NCBI GenBank assembly: GCA_041613315.1
Contig: JBFJHJ010000003.1
Coordinates: 32,001-96,000 of the forward strand
Reading direction: 5' to 3'
Source of the DNA: Gemmatimonadales bacterium
GTDB lineage: Bacteria > Gemmatimonadota > Gemmatimonadetes > Gemmatimonadales > GWC2-71-9
Length of the DNA stretch: 64,000 nt
Part shown: piece by piece, positions 1 to 11,595 of the stretch
How positions within the stretch are numbered: position 1 is the first letter of the stretch
How the letters are laid out: each line of letters opens with the position of its first letter
Translations under genes and position numbers: made by a program
The notes under the pieces: generated by a model
Told to the model about the DNA's origin: nothing
Seen by the model: the letters and a program-made list of their open reading frames with translations, nothing else
Database searches by the model: none

Positions 1-1
1 G

Positions 2-973
2 GATCTCCAGCGGGTACGGGAACACCTCGAGGATTCGGGGAATCTGCCGGTGGGGCAGGGGATCGCCATCTTCGCGTGCGAGGCAATGGGGCTGTTCCAC
101 TCGGTGCCGCTCCCCCGGGTGTTTCGCTCGCGACTAGACGTGGACCATTCGCCGCTGGTGCGCGAGCTGGCCGCGCTCGCGGACGAGTTTGGCCTCCTGC
201 TCTGCGCGGTGTACGACCGCACGAGCGCCCGCTTCTTCAGGGTGAGCGCCTTCGGGATCGAGGAGCTCGCCGGGCTGGTTGCGGTCGAGCACACGCGCGC
301 CGGACGCTTCCATGGTCCGCGGTCGGTGTCGGGCCCCGGCCCGAGCCTCGCCAGCCCGGGCGAGCACAACTACCATCAACGGATCCGCGAGGAGAAACAC
401 CGCCACTACGCGCAGATCGCCCAGCGCCTGTTCGACCTGGCCGCGCGCAACGGCGTCCGCGGGATCGTGCTCGCCGGCCCCGGGACCGACGCGCCAGCGG
501 TCGAGCCACACCTCCATCCGTATCTCTCGAAGAACCTGCTGGGCACGGTACGACTCAACCCCAAGTCGGTGACGCCCACGGCGGTGATGGGCGCGGTGCT
601 GGCGGTGCGGCAAGCGACCGAGCGCGCCTGGGAGGCGGAACATGTCGCCGCGCTCGAGGAGACCCGTGGGGTGGGGTGGGCGGTCAACGGCATCGAGCCT
701 ACGCTCCGGGCACTGGCCCGGGGGCAGGTCCGCACGCTGCTGGTGAACCCAACGGCGGACCAGCGGGGATACCGGTGCGGCGCCGGCGGCCGGCTCACCA
801 TCACGGCCGACGGGTGCGGTGGCGAAGGGAAGGCAGAGCCGGTCCCGGACCTCATCGACGAGGCGATCGAGGACGCCCTGCGCCAGGGCGGCCACGTGGA
901 CGTGGTGGAGGATGAGACGCTCCGCCATCGGGTGGACGGGCTGGCCGCGCTGCTCCGGTTCAAACAGCCCTAA
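2..973 (+). CDS. Bacterial eRF1/aRF1-like (baeRF, Vms1-like) release-factor family protein, 5' partial
   Basis: Frame is open from the window start. Contains 'VYDRTSARFF', 'IVLAGPG', and an eRF1-type C-terminus 'AVNGIEPTLRALARGQVRTLLV...DLIDEAIEDALRQGGHVDVV...GLAALLRF'. Confidence 0.7.
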   Translation, partial: DLQRVREHLEDSGNLPVGQGIAIFACEAMGLFHSVPLPRVFRSRLDVDHSPLVRELAALADEFGLLLCAVYDRTSARFFRVSAFGIEELAGLVAVEHTRAGRFHGPRSVSGPGPSLASPGEHNYHQRIREEKHRHYAQIAQRLFDLAARNGVRGIVLAGPGTDAPAVEPHLHPYLSKNLLGTVRLNPKSVTPTAVMGAVLAVRQATERAWEAEHVAALEETRGVGWAVNGIEPTLRALARGQVRTLLVNPTADQRGYRCGAGGRLTITADGCGGEGKAEPVPDLIDEAIEDALRQGGHVDVVEDETLRHRVDGLAALLRFKQP

Positions 974-1028
974 ACGGGTGTCGCGCCTGCTTGTTTCGGC
1001 CTTCGGTCGCGGCTAGCTTGCGCGCACG

Positions 1029-1469
1029 ATGACCCAAGCCACGCCCAAGGCTTCGTCACACAAACGAACGCGTCCGGTGCGGGTGCTCATTGGCAAGCCG
1101 GGGCTCGATGGGCATGACCGCGGTGCCAAAGTCGTCGCCGCGGCGCTCCGCGACGCGGGTATGGAGGTGATCTACACCGGCTTGCACCAGACCCCGGAGA
1201 TGATCGCGACCGCGGCGGTCCAGGAAGACGTGGAGGTCGTCGGCCTGTCCATCCTGTCGGGTGCGCACCTGACGCTGTTGCCAAGGGTGAGACGGTTGTT
1301 GGACGACGCCGGCCGCGACGACATCTTGCTCGTCGCCGGCGGGATCATCCCCCGCGAGGATATCGGGACCCTCGAGACCCAGGGCGTGGCGAAACTGTTC
1401 GGTCCCGGGACTCCCACCAGCGACATCGTCGACTTCATCGGCTCGTGGGCAGAGCGCCGCCCCGAGTGA
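1029..1469 (+). CDS. Stand-alone cobalamin-binding domain (methylmalonyl-CoA mutase C-terminal subunit type)
   Basis: [11 protein letters not shown] (DxHxxG base-off motif), [20 protein letters not shown]. Confidence 0.92.
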   Translation: MTQATPKASSHKRTRPVRVLIGKPGLDGHDRGAKVVAAALRDAGMEVIYTGLHQTPEMIATAAVQEDVEVVGLSILSGAHLTLLPRVRRLLDDAGRDDILLVAGGIIPREDIGTLETQGVAKLFGPGTPTSDIVDFIGSWAERRPE

Positions 1470-3076
1470 CCGGCCGCAGCACCGTGTCGCCGCCCGGCCG
1501 CCTCCGCGAACTCACGGAGGCGTATCGCGCGCTTGCGGAGCGGCTCGAACAGGGCGGTGGGGCCGAGAAGGTCGGGCGCCAGCATGAACAAGGGAAACTG
1601 ACCGCCCGGGAGCGGGTGGTCCGGCTGCGCGACCCCGATACCCCCTGGTTGGAGATCGGGCTGCTCGTCGCCTATGACCAGTACGACGGCCAGGCCCCGG
1701 GCGCCGGCGTCGCGACCGGTGTCGCCGTCGTCGCCGGTCGAGCGGTCGTGATCGTTGCGAACGATGCCACGGTCAAGGCGGGATCCTGGTGGCCCGAGAC
1801 GATCAAGAAGATCCTGCGGGCACAGGAGATCGCGATGCGCCAGCGGATCCCGATCATCTATCTCGTGGATTCCGCGGGTGTGAACCTGCCGTACCAGGGG
1901 GGCGTGTTTCCGGGTCAGTACGGCGCCGCCCGCATCTTTTACTACAACTCGATCATGCGCCGCTACTTGCGGGTGCCGCAGATCGCCGCCGTCATGGGCC
2001 CGTGCGTGGCCGGCGGCGCTTACCTGCCCGCGCTGTCGGATGTGATTTTCATGGTGGAGGGCACGTCCTTCATGGGGTTGGGGGGAGCCAATCTCGTCCA
2101 GGGCGCCACAGGCCAGACGGTCGACGCCGAGGTTCTGGGGGGCGCCGTGACCCATACGGCGACGAGCGCCGTCGCACACTACCGCGCCCGGGATGACGCC
2201 GACTGCTTGGATCGCCTTCGCGAGTACGTGGCGCGCCTGCCGGTCGCGCGGCTGCCCGATCCGACCGGTAGTGCCCCGCCGGCCCGGCCACCCGCCGAAC
2301 TCTATGATCTCCTTCCCACCAATCACCGCATGGCGTACGACGTGCGCGAGGTGCTCGCGTGCCTGTTGGACGAGGGGACGTGGGATGAGTTCCAGCCGGA
2401 TGTGGCCGGGGAGATGCTGTGCGGGCACGCGGCGATCGAAGGGCAGAACGTCGCGATCATCGCCAACCAACGCGGGCTGATCCGGGGTCCGACGGTGGAG
2501 CCGCCGCGCATCGGCGGCATCGTGTACACCGAGAGCGCGGAGAAGGTCGCGTACTTCATCGAGACCGCGAATCGGGAAGGCATCCCACTCCTCTTCGTCC
2601 AGGACGTGAGCGGCTTCATGGTGGGCCCGGAGGCCGAGCACTCGGGCATCATCCGCGCGGGCGCCCGGTTCGTCGAGGCCATGGCAACGGCGGTCGTGCC
2701 CAAGCTGGTGCTGACCGTGAATCACGCGTCGGGGGCGGGCTACTACGCCATGGCGGGCCAGGGGTTCGATCCTGATTTCATCTTCTCGTGGCCCACGGGG
2801 CGCATGGGCGTGATGGAGGGCGAAGCGGCCGTCCGCGCCGTCTTCGGTGGCCGCGCCGACGAAGCGGAGGTGACCGAGGCGGTCGAGCGGATGCGCGCCG
2901 ACTACGAGCATCAGCTCGACGCCAGATTCGCGGCCGCGCGGGGGTTCGTGGATGCCCTGGTCGCCCCCGAGGACACCCGTGACGTCCTGGCGTTCGCGCT
3001 TCGCGTGACCCGGCACTATTCTGGCCCGCACATCGGCCCCTTCGTGCTGCCACCTCTCGACTACCTTCCCGAGTGA
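1466..3076 (+). CDS. Acyl-CoA carboxylase carboxyltransferase (beta) subunit, methylcrotonyl/geranyl-CoA carboxylase type
   Basis: [44 protein letters not shown] start overlaps the upstream stop (GTGA). Confidence 0.9.
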   Translation: MTGRSTVSPPGRLRELTEAYRALAERLEQGGGAEKVGRQHEQGKLTARERVVRLRDPDTPWLEIGLLVAYDQYDGQAPGAGVATGVAVVAGRAVVIVANDATVKAGSWWPETIKKILRAQEIAMRQRIPIIYLVDSAGVNLPYQGGVFPGQYGAARIFYYNSIMRRYLRVPQIAAVMGPCVAGGAYLPALSDVIFMVEGTSFMGLGGANLVQGATGQTVDAEVLGGAVTHTATSAVAHYRARDDADCLDRLREYVARLPVARLPDPTGSAPPARPPAELYDLLPTNHRMAYDVREVLACLLDEGTWDEFQPDVAGEMLCGHAAIEGQNVAIIANQRGLIRGPTVEPPRIGGIVYTESAEKVAYFIETANREGIPLLFVQDVSGFMVGPEAEHSGIIRAGARFVEAMATAVVPKLVLTVNHASGAGYYAMAGQGFDPDFIFSWPTGRMGVMEGEAAVRAVFGGRADEAEVTEAVERMRADYEHQLDARFAAARGFVDALVAPEDTRDVLAFALRVTRHYSGPHIGPFVLPPLDYLPE

Positions 3077-5934
3077 TGCCGTTCACCCTACGCCGTTGCG
3101 CGGCGGCCGCCGTTCCCGTCCTCGTGGCGGCCTGCGCTGCCGGGTCCGCGCCTCAACGCCCGCCGCGCCCGGCCGCGACGGCGCCGGCCGCGACGCGGGC
3201 CCGCGACCAGAGCGCCGAGACGTCCCGCCAGCCGGCCCTGCCACCGCAACTCGCGATGCTCGCGGGGCTCATGCCGCTCCGGACCATCGGGGCCGATACG
3301 TTCCGGCTGCACTATCCCGACGCCGACGGGCGGGGCGTCCTCATCGGCATCCTGGACAGCGGGGTGGACCCCGGCGTGCCTGGTCTCCGGACGACGACCA
3401 CGGGTCAGCCGAAGCTGCTCGACGTTCGGGACTTCTCCGGGGAGGGCCGCATCCCGCTGATGCCCGTGGAGCCCGACCTCGACGGCACGGTGAGCGTGGG
3501 GGACCGCGTCCTCAGCGGCTTTGGGCGCGTCGCCGGCATGGCGAGCCCGCCGTACTACGCCGGCATCTTCCGCGAGGTGGTGCTGGGCAGCCTGCCGGCC
3601 GCCGACGTGGACGGCAACGGCCGCTTCACCGACGAGTTTCCAGTGCTCGTGGCCAAAGGGGCGAGCGGCTGGTTCGTCATGACCGATACCGACGGTGACG
3701 GCTCCCTGGACGGCGAACGCCCGGTGCACGATTTCGGCGTGGCGGGTGAGACGTTCACGTACCGCGCCGGCCGGAGCACCGAGGCCGGTCCGATGACGAT
3801 CGCGGTGAATCTCGCCGAGCGCGGGGAGCGGCCCGCCCGACCGGTGCTCGACTTCGTCTTCGATAACTCCGGGCACGGCACGCACGTCGCCGGGATCGCG
3901 GCCGGCCGCGGCATGTTCGGTGTGGAGGGCTTCGACGGCGTGGCGCCGGGCGCGCAAATCCTGGCGCTCAAGATCGCCAACAACGCGCGCGGGGGCATCT
4001 CGGTCACGGGCAGCATGCTCCGGGCCATGAACTATGCGGCAGCCTTCGCCCAGCGGCGGGGGTTGCCCCTGGTGCTCAACTTGAGCTTCGGCATCGGCAA
4101 CGAGCGAGAGGGCGCGGCGGCGATCGACTCGGTGATCGACGTGTTCGCCCTCAAGCACCCCGGCATCCTGTTCGTCATCAGTGCCGGCAACGACGGGCCG
4201 GGGATCTCCACGCTCGGGTTCCCGGGCTCGGCCGCGTACGCGGTGTCGGTGTGCGCCGTCTTTCCCGGCGTGTTCGTTCGGCCGCCCGAGCCCGGGGTCC
4301 CTGCCGCGCCCGACGTGATGGGGTGGTGGAGCGCTCGTGGGGGCGAGCTCGCCAAGCCGGACCTCTGTGCCCCCGGGGTGGCATTCTCCAACGTGCCGGC
4401 GTGGCACACGGGGGAAGAAATCTCTGGCGGCACCAGCATGGCAGCCCCACAAATCTCCGGTGCCGCCGCGGCGTTACAGTCAGCGATGCGGCAGCGCGGT
4501 CGGGCCGTCCGGGCGATCGACCTGAAGCAGGCGCTCATGGCGACGGCCACCCCGGTCCCGAATGCGACGGTGCTCGACGCTGGCGCGGGGATCCCCAACC
4601 TCACGGCGGCGTTCCAGTGGCTGCTCGCGGCGCACCAGTCCGGCCTCTACGCCGTGCGTGCGGTAACGGGAGAGGGCCGCGCGACCACGGCCGCGTACCG
4701 GCGTGGCGGCCTGGCGTCGCCCGCGGATACGGTGCAACGCTTTGTGGTGACGTCGGTCGACGGACAGCCGGCCGCGCGTCTGCTGGTCCGGCCCGACGCT
4801 CCGTGGGTGCGGGCGCCATCGGTGATCGAGCCGGGCGGTGCGCCGGTGACGCTGACCCTCACGTACGACGCCGCGGCGCTGCGCGACCCGGGTCTGTACG
4901 TCGCGACGGCGTGGGCGTGGCCTGCGACGGACACGACCGCCGGGCCGTCGTTCGGTTTGACCAACACGGTGATCGTCCCGCAGAGCCTCGACGCGCCATA
5001 CACGGTCCGGCGGCGGCTCCGGGCGGGGGAGATCGCCCGCTACTTCCTCGCGGTGCCCCCGGGCGTCGGTGGGTTGGTCGTGAGCGTCGAGGTGGCGGCG
5101 ATCTCGCCGCCGGTCTCGCTGTATCTCTTCGAGCCGAGCGGGCGACCGTACCGGGGCACAAACAGCGTGTCCGTCGGCGGGAACGATTCGACCGGGGCGG
5201 CACTCGTAGTCTCGGCGGCCGACGTGCGGCCCGGGGTCTACGAAGCCGTCGTCGTCGCCCCGCCGGGGGAGCCGGCCAGCTTCACCGTGCGTGCGGTGTT
5301 GCCCCCGGTCAGCGTCGACGCGATCGCCGCAGGGCCGACGGCAGTCCTTCGCAATGTGAGCGCGGCCCGCCTGCGCACGACGGTGCGCATGGATCTGATG
5401 GGTGCGGTGTCGGCCCGAACCGTCGGCGCCGTCGGCGCGGAGCCGTTCAAGCTGTGGACTACGCCCCCGGCGTGGGCTGGGACGGTGGCGGTCGAGGTCG
5501 CCCTACCTGCGACGATGTGGGATCAACTCACCGACTTCGGCGTCACCGCCTTCGATGGCGCCGGTCGGCGAGTCAAAGACGCGCCGCTGAACTACGCCCT
5601 CGGCCGCATGCAGGTCGAGTTGGATTCCACCGACGCCACCACGCCCCTCCTCCTGGAGTTGCTGCCCGCGTTCACCCATCTCGCGCCCCCGGCCTCGTGG
5701 AGCGCCGAGCTGCGCATCGAGTACCTGCGGCGCGAACCGCACCCCCTTACCGTCGTCGGAGGCGGCCTCGGGATGCGCATCGAGTTGGCGCCGGGCGCGA
5801 CGGAACGGGTTCGCTTCGAGGCGGTGCCGGATTCCGGCCTGGCGCCGGGGCTCGTACCCCTCTACGAGGTCCGCGCGGCGACCGACCCTTCCACGTGGTC
5901 CGTACGGCAGGGCACGGCCGGCGCCACCCCCTGA
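3073..5934 (+). CDS. S8 subtilisin-family serine peptidase, tripeptidyl-peptidase II-like, predicted lipoprotein
   Basis: Catalytic motifs [28 protein letters not shown]; long Asp-His insertion; lipobox VAAC. Confidence 0.85.
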   Translation: MMPFTLRRCAAAAVPVLVAACAAGSAPQRPPRPAATAPAATRARDQSAETSRQPALPPQLAMLAGLMPLRTIGADTFRLHYPDADGRGVLIGILDSGVDPGVPGLRTTTTGQPKLLDVRDFSGEGRIPLMPVEPDLDGTVSVGDRVLSGFGRVAGMASPPYYAGIFREVVLGSLPAADVDGNGRFTDEFPVLVAKGASGWFVMTDTDGDGSLDGERPVHDFGVAGETFTYRAGRSTEAGPMTIAVNLAERGERPARPVLDFVFDNSGHGTHVAGIAAGRGMFGVEGFDGVAPGAQILALKIANNARGGISVTGSMLRAMNYAAAFAQRRGLPLVLNLSFGIGNEREGAAAIDSVIDVFALKHPGILFVISAGNDGPGISTLGFPGSAAYAVSVCAVFPGVFVRPPEPGVPAAPDVMGWWSARGGELAKPDLCAPGVAFSNVPAWHTGEEISGGTSMAAPQISGAAAALQSAMRQRGRAVRAIDLKQALMATATPVPNATVLDAGAGIPNLTAAFQWLLAAHQSGLYAVRAVTGEGRATTAAYRRGGLASPADTVQRFVVTSVDGQPAARLLVRPDAPWVRAPSVIEPGGAPVTLTLTYDAAALRDPGLYVATAWAWPATDTTAGPSFGLTNTVIVPQSLDAPYTVRRRLRAGEIARYFLAVPPGVGGLVVSVEVAAISPPVSLYLFEPSGRPYRGTNSVSVGGNDSTGAALVVSAADVRPGVYEAVVVAPPGEPASFTVRAVLPPVSVDAIAAGPTAVLRNVSAARLRTTVRMDLMGAVSARTVGAVGAEPFKLWTTPPAWAGTVAVEVALPATMWDQLTDFGVTAFDGAGRRVKDAPLNYALGRMQVELDSTDATTPLLLELLPAFTHLAPPASWSAELRIEYLRREPHPLTVVGGGLGMRIELAPGATERVRFEAVPDSGLAPGLVPLYEVRAATDPSTWSVRQGTAGATP

Positions 5935-5950
5935 CCCCGCGCCGCACCGC

Positions 5951-7324
5951 ATGACGTCGCCGACCACGGTCCGCATCGCGTCCGGACAGGGATTCTGGGG
6001 CGACTGGCTCGAGGCCCCGGTGCGGCAGGTCGAGGGTGGGCCGATCGACTACCTGATGATGGACTATCTGGCCGAGGTCACGATGTCCATCATGCAGAAA
6101 CAGCGCGCGCGCGATTCCGCCCTCGGGTACGCCAAGGACTTCGTTCCGCTGATGCAGCGGCTGCTTCCCCGACTGGTCGAGCGCGGGATTCGCGTGACCG
6201 CGAACGCGGGGGGGGTGAACCCTGGCGCGTGCGCCCGGGCCGTGGTGGACACCGCCCGGGATCTCGGACTGGCAGGGCGGGTGCGCGTGGGCGTCGTGGG
6301 AGGGGACGACATCCTCGATCGACTCGACGAGCTGCTCGCGCGCGGGCACCGCTTGGAAAACATGGATACCGGCGCGTCGCTCGAGGCCGTACGCGAGCAC
6401 GTGCAGAGTGCCAACGCCTATCTCGGTGCGGGGCCCGTCCTCGCCGCTCTCCAGCAGGATGCCCTGATCGTGGTCACGGGCCGCGTGACGGACACCGGGC
6501 TCACCCTGGCCCCGATGCTCCACGCGTTCGGGTGGGCGGCGGACGACTGGGACCGCCTCGCGGCCGGGACCGTCGCGGGCCACATCATCGAGTGCGGCGC
6601 GCAGTGCACGGGTGGCAACTGCCTCTTGGACTGGGAGCGGATCGAGGGGATGGCCGACCCGGGGTACCCGATCATCGAAGCGTGTCCGGACGGCAGCTTC
6701 GTCGTGACCAAGCATCCCGACACCGGTGGCATCGTGAGCGTGCCCAGCGTGACCGAGCAGCTGGTGTACGAGATGGGCGATCCCCGCAACTACATCACGC
6801 CCGACTGCATCGCGGACTTCACGACCATCCGCCTGGAACAGGCCGGGCCGAATCGCGTACGGGTCAGCGGCGTGCGCGGTCGGCCCGCAACCGAGTTCCT
6901 CAAAGTCTCGATCTCCTATCACCACGGCTACAAGGCCGTGGGCACGCTCGTGTATGCCTGGCCCGACGCGTACGCCAAGGCGCAGAAGGCGGATCGCATC
7001 TTGCGCGAACGGCTGGACCGTCTGGGGCTACGGTTCGAGAAGACGTTGACCGAGTTTGTCGGTGTGAACGCGACGCACGGCCCCCTCGCTGGCGCGCCGT
7101 CGGCGGATCTGCCCGAAGTCCAGTTGCGCGTGGGAGTGCGCGCGCGCGAGCGGCCGCCGGTGGAGCGCTTCACGCGCGAGATTGCCCCGTTGATTCTGAA
7201 CGGCCCGCCGAGTGTCACGGGGTTCGCCGGCGGACGCCCGAAGGTCGAGGAGATCGTCGCCTACTGGCCGGCGCTGGTCCCCAAGAGCGAAATTCGGCCG
7301 ACCGTGGAGATGCTGGACGCATGA
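5951..7324 (+). CDS. AtuA-like acyclic terpene utilization protein (DUF1446), N-terminal domain
   Basis: [47 protein letters not shown]. Confidence 0.88.
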   Translation: MTSPTTVRIASGQGFWGDWLEAPVRQVEGGPIDYLMMDYLAEVTMSIMQKQRARDSALGYAKDFVPLMQRLLPRLVERGIRVTANAGGVNPGACARAVVDTARDLGLAGRVRVGVVGGDDILDRLDELLARGHRLENMDTGASLEAVREHVQSANAYLGAGPVLAALQQDALIVVTGRVTDTGLTLAPMLHAFGWAADDWDRLAAGTVAGHIIECGAQCTGGNCLLDWERIEGMADPGYPIIEACPDGSFVVTKHPDTGGIVSVPSVTEQLVYEMGDPRNYITPDCIADFTTIRLEQAGPNRVRVSGVRGRPATEFLKVSISYHHGYKAVGTLVYAWPDAYAKAQKADRILRERLDRLGLRFEKTLTEFVGVNATHGPLAGAPSADLPEVQLRVGVRARERPPVERFTREIAPLILNGPPSVTGFAGGRPKVEEIVAYWPALVPKSEIRPTVEMLDA

Positions 7325-7704
7325 GCCTCAAAGGTCCCCGGAAGCAGGCCGGCCGCGGCTCGGCGAGGCCCCGGCGAGTGCAGCTCGTCCACCTCGCGCA
7401 CGCCCGCAGCGGCGACAAGGGTGATACGGCCAATGTGGGCCTGATCGCGCGCAAGCCCGAGTACTATCCGCTCTTGAAGCGCGCAGTGACGGCCGCCCGG
7501 GTGGCGCGCCATTTCCGGGGTATGATCACCGGGCCGGTCGAGCGCTACGAGCTGCCCAACCTGCACGCCCTCAATTTCCTGCTCCATGGGGCCCTGGGGG
7601 GCGGCGGGACCCTCTCACTCCAGACGGACGCCCAGGGCAAGGTGTTCTCGACGGCGCTGCTGCGCATGGACGTGACGGTGCCGGGACGCATGCGTGTCGG
7701 CTGA
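7321..7704 (+). CDS. AtuA C-terminal-like small protein
   Basis: [42 protein letters not shown] overlaps the upstream stop. Confidence 0.85.
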   Translation: MSLKGPRKQAGRGSARPRRVQLVHLAHARSGDKGDTANVGLIARKPEYYPLLKRAVTAARVARHFRGMITGPVERYELPNLHALNFLLHGALGGGGTLSLQTDAQGKVFSTALLRMDVTVPGRMRVG

Positions 7705-8458
7705 GCGGATCGCCACCGCGCTCGCGGACGGCGTGCTGGACGTGACGCTCGACCGTCCGGACAAGCGGAACGCCATCGACGCGCCGATGGTCCACCAACT
7801 CCTCGCAGTCCTCGAGCGCGCGGACCTCGACCAGGACGTGCGCGTGGTCGCCGTGCGTGGCGCCGGCAAGGACTTCTGCGCCGGGGCCGACCTCGCCGAG
7901 TTGCTCGCGTCGGTGGAGCGGTCGCCGGCCGAGAACGAGGCGAGCGCCCGCGAGCTGGGCGAAGTGTTCGTCCGGATGCGGCGGCTGCCCAAGCCGGTGG
8001 TGGCCGTGGTGCATGGCCGAGCGTTGGCGGGGGGCTGCGGTCTCGCGACGGCCTGCGATCTGGTGATCGCGCACGAGGCAGCGGAGTTCGGCTACCCGGA
8101 GGTTAGGCGTGGCTTCGTCCCGGCCATGGTCATGGCGCTGCTGCGTCGCGCCGTAGGCGAAAAGGTGGCGTTCGACCTCGTGGCGACCGGGCGACTGCTG
8201 AGCGCCCAGGAGGCGCTCGCGCTCGGCCTCGTGTCCCGGGTGCTCTCCGATCGCGCCTTCGTCGGTGAGAGTCAAGAAATCCTGGGCGCGCTTGCCGGCT
8301 CGAGCGCGACCGCCCTGGGCCTGATCAAACGGCAGCTGTATGAGCTCGACGGCCGAAACTTCGAAGCGGGCATCGACTTGGGCGCCAGCGTCAACGCCGT
8401 CGCGCGCGCCACGCCGGATTTCAAAGCGGCGGTCGCCGCTTTTCTGCGGAAGCCGTAG
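7694..8458 (+). CDS. Enoyl-CoA hydratase/isomerase (methylglutaconyl-CoA hydratase-like)
   Basis: LDRPDKRNA, FCAGADL, GGCGLATACD, FGYPEV. Confidence 0.88.
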   Translation: MSAERIATALADGVLDVTLDRPDKRNAIDAPMVHQLLAVLERADLDQDVRVVAVRGAGKDFCAGADLAELLASVERSPAENEASARELGEVFVRMRRLPKPVVAVVHGRALAGGCGLATACDLVIAHEAAEFGYPEVRRGFVPAMVMALLRRAVGEKVAFDLVATGRLLSAQEALALGLVSRVLSDRAFVGESQEILGALAGSSATALGLIKRQLYELDGRNFEAGIDLGASVNAVARATPDFKAAVAAFLRKP

Positions 8459-8474
8459 GTGGATCGGCGAGCCG

Positions 8475-9065
8475 GTGCCCACCACCACGCTCACCACCGA
8501 CCGACTGCTGATCCGACCACCGCGGCTGGACGACGCCGAGGCGATCTTCGAGCGTTACGCGCAGGACCCCGAGGTCACGCGCTACCTGATCTGGCGACCG
8601 CATCGCTCGCTCGACGAAACGCGGACATTCCTGGGCGGGTACATCGCGCAGGGCGAGGACGAGCACCAGTACTCGTGGGTGATCGTGCGACGCGCGGACG
8701 AGCTGCTGCTGGGGACGATCACGCTCCGGGTCTATCCGCCGACGACCGAGGTGGGCTACACGGTGGCCAAGCCGGACTGGGGCCGCGGGTACGGCACGGA
8801 AGCGCTGCGGGCGGTCGTGCACTTCGGCCTCGCCCTCCCGGACGTCTTTCGCATCCAAGCTACCTGTCACGTCGATAACCACGCGTCTGCCCGGATCATG
8901 GACAAGGTTGGGATGGAGCGCGAAGGCACGCTGCGCCGTTACCTCTACTTCCCGACGATCGGCCCGGAAGCGCAGGACGTGCACATGTATGCCAGGGTCC
9001 AGGATGCGGTGGGGCAGGGGGGACCGGGGCGACGGGGCCCGCAGCGTGGGGACCGGGAGGTCTAG
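8475..9065 (+). CDS. GNAT N-acetyltransferase, RimJ/RimL type
   Basis: TDRLLIRP, EVGY...WGRGYGTEAL, NHASARIMDKVGM. Confidence 0.85.
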   Translation: MPTTTLTTDRLLIRPPRLDDAEAIFERYAQDPEVTRYLIWRPHRSLDETRTFLGGYIAQGEDEHQYSWVIVRRADELLLGTITLRVYPPTTEVGYTVAKPDWGRGYGTEALRAVVHFGLALPDVFRIQATCHVDNHASARIMDKVGMEREGTLRRYLYFPTIGPEAQDVHMYARVQDAVGQGGPGRRGPQRGDREV

Positions 9066-9066
9066 C

Positions 9067-10008
9067 GTGCGGATCGGCCGGCCGGGCCTGCGGCTCGCCT
9101 ATGCACTGGCGGGGGCGACGCTCGCCGCGTGCGCTACCCGCTCGGTGCCACGTGAAGCCGCACGGGACTTCTCCCATGGCACCCACGTCGTCCTCCTCGG
9201 GACCGGCACTCCCAATGCCGAGCCCGATCGGTCCGGCCCCGCCGTCGCCGTGGTCGTCAATGGCCGGGCGTATCTGGTGGACGCCGGGCCCGGCGTGGTC
9301 CGCCGGGCCGTGGCCGCGGCCCGCCTGGGCGTCGCGGCACTCGAGCCGCCGAACCTGGACCTCGTCTTCCTCACCCACCTCCATACCGACCACACCGTGG
9401 GCCTGCCCGATCTCATCTTCACGCCGTGGGTCCTGGAACGGACCGTGCCGCTTCGGGTGTACGGCCCGCCGGGCGTGCGCGCGATGACCGAACACCTCCT
9501 GGCCGCCTACGGGGAGGATGTCCGGATCCGGGTGGACGGGCTCGAGCCCGCCAACCCGACCGGCCACGGCGTGGAGGCGCACGAGATCCGCCCTGGCGTC
9601 GTGTACCGCGACGCGCAGGTCCGGGTGATCGCGTTCCCGGTGCACCACGGTTCCTGGGAGCACGCGTTCGGCTACCGGTTCGAGACCCCGGGACGGACGG
9701 TGGTCATCTCCGGTGACGCGGCGCCGAGCGAGAGCGTGGTGCAGTACTGCGACGGCTGCGACGTGCTCGTGCACGAGGTATATGCCCAGGCCGGCTTCGC
9801 GCGCCGGGCCCCCGAATGGCGGCGGTACCACGCCGACGCCCATACGTCCGCGCCTGCGCTGGCCGACCTGGCTCGGCGGGCTCGGCCGGGACTCCTCGTG
9901 CTGTACCACCAGCTCTACTGGGGAGCCACGCCCGAGGATCTTCTGGCCGAGATCCGGGAGCGCTGGGAGGGACAGGTCGTCTCCGGAGCCGATCTTCAGA
10001 TATACTGA
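9067..10008 (+). CDS. Metallo-beta-lactamase-fold hydrolase (RNase Z/arylsulfatase-like), predicted lipoprotein
   Basis: LLGTGTP, LVDAGPG, THLHTDH, ISGD, VLVHE, lipobox LAAC. Confidence 0.82.
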   Translation: MRIGRPGLRLAYALAGATLAACATRSVPREAARDFSHGTHVVLLGTGTPNAEPDRSGPAVAVVVNGRAYLVDAGPGVVRRAVAAARLGVAALEPPNLDLVFLTHLHTDHTVGLPDLIFTPWVLERTVPLRVYGPPGVRAMTEHLLAAYGEDVRIRVDGLEPANPTGHGVEAHEIRPGVVYRDAQVRVIAFPVHHGSWEHAFGYRFETPGRTVVISGDAAPSESVVQYCDGCDVLVHEVYAQAGFARRAPEWRRYHADAHTSAPALADLARRARPGLLVLYHQLYWGATPEDLLAEIRERWEGQVVSGADLQIY

Positions 10009-10125
10009 GGCCGACCCTCGCGCCGCCGCACGGGACGGCGCGCGGGTTTCGGGTCCGCTCCGCGTACCGACGCCTACTCGGGGCTGCCGCCCAGCGAGCA
10101 ACTTGCGGGCATCGCTTGCCCCCGA

Positions 10126-11376
10126 ATGGTCGTGTGGGAACCGCCCTCGAACCTCCCCGCGCCCCCCACGATCGAGGGGGCTCAGCACCTCCTCAGATCG
10201 GTGTGGGGGCTGAACCACCTCCGCAACCACCAGCGCCGGGCCATCGCCGCGGTTCTCAGTGGACGCGACACCCTCGCCGTGCTTCCGACGGGGGGAGGGA
10301 AATCCCTCTGCTATCAGCTCCCGGCCCTCCTCCGTCCCGGCCTCACCGTCGTGGTGTCGCCCCTGATCTCACTGATGCAGGACCAGGTGGCGGGACTGCG
10401 GGGGCGCGGCATCTCGGCAGCGTACTTGGGGAGTGGTCAGCGACCCCAAGTGCAAGCGGCAGTATGGAATACGATATCAACTGACCGGTTGACAATACTC
10501 TACGTCGCCCCCGAGCGCCTCCGCCAGCTCGTCGAGCGGCGCGTCACGGTGACCCTGCTCGCCGTCGATGAGGCGCATTGCATCAGTGAGTGGGGGCATG
10601 ATTTCCGGCCGCACTTTCGCGCCATCGGTCGCCGCCGGCGTGCCCTCGGCCACCCGCCCACGATCGCCGTGACGGCAACCGCGACGCCCGAAACGAGAGC
10701 AGATATCGTCCGTGTGCTGGAGCTCACGCGCCCCGTCACCATCGTACGGAGCTTCGACCGCCCAAACCTCTTCCTCGGCGCCCAGCGCTCCGGCGGGGAG
10801 GCACACCGTATTCGGACGCTCGCGACGCTGCTGCGCTCCTGCGGCGGTACTGCGATCGCGTACGTTCCGACCCGAAATCGAGCGGACGGGCTGGCTGCGA
10901 TCCTGCGACAATGGGGCTTCGACGCGGCACCCTATCACGCCGGCCTTCCCACAGGGGCGCGCCGGGCACTCCTCGCGAGATTTCTGAGCGGACGCATCAC
11001 GGTCATGGCGGCGACGAGCGCGTTCGGGATGGGGATCGACAAACCGGATGTGCGCCTCGTGGCTCACCTGGGGGTGCCGCAGAGGCCCGAGGCGTACTAC
11101 CAACAGGCCGGTAGAGCGGGCCGGGACGGCCTTGCCGCCCGATGTGTCCTGCTCTGGCTGCCCCGGGACCTGGAGCTGGGCGCCCGCTTGGCGCTGGGCC
11201 CGCGGGGCCGCGGCCCGAGGAAGACCCTCCAGGCAGCCCGAGCGGGCCTCGAGACGATGCGTCGCTACGCGACGACCGCCCGATGCCGCCGGCGGGTCCT
11301 GCTCGCGTACCTCGGCGAGCGACCGGATCGGTGCGCCGGCTGCGATCGCTGCTGCGGCTGGCCCCCATTGGTGTGA
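10126..11376 (+). CDS. recQ: RecQ-family ATP-dependent DNA helicase (short form)
   Basis: LPTGGGKSLCYQ, VDEAHCISEWGHDFRP, TATAT, AFGMGIDKPDVR, QQAGRAGRDG, C-terminal Zn-binding cysteines. Confidence 0.9.
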   Translation: MVVWEPPSNLPAPPTIEGAQHLLRSVWGLNHLRNHQRRAIAAVLSGRDTLAVLPTGGGKSLCYQLPALLRPGLTVVVSPLISLMQDQVAGLRGRGISAAYLGSGQRPQVQAAVWNTISTDRLTILYVAPERLRQLVERRVTVTLLAVDEAHCISEWGHDFRPHFRAIGRRRRALGHPPTIAVTATATPETRADIVRVLELTRPVTIVRSFDRPNLFLGAQRSGGEAHRIRTLATLLRSCGGTAIAYVPTRNRADGLAAILRQWGFDAAPYHAGLPTGARRALLARFLSGRITVMAATSAFGMGIDKPDVRLVAHLGVPQRPEAYYQQAGRAGRDGLAARCVLLWLPRDLELGARLALGPRGRGPRKTLQAARAGLETMRRYATTARCRRRVLLAYLGERPDRCAGCDRCCGWPPLV

Positions 11377-11595
11377 CACAGGCCCGTCGCCCGGCTCGTC
11401 GCAGCGGCTCTTGGGACTGCTCGACCGCGGCGACAGGATCGCGGCCATCGTCGGGGCAGCCCATTTTGAGTTTGGGCGTGGTGTGGTGCCACCAAGATGT
11501 GTCAGCCACCTGTCCCATTTTGCGAACAAATGTGCCGGTTTCGGGTCGGAGGACAGGCCGGCCGTTTTGTCATGGTTGGTGTGATGTGCTGGTTT

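Noticed and set aside
9011..9037. G-quadruplex-like run of four G tracts at the GNAT gene 3' end
   Set aside because: Plausible by chance at this GC content; may be a degenerate octamer tract; no supporting evidence
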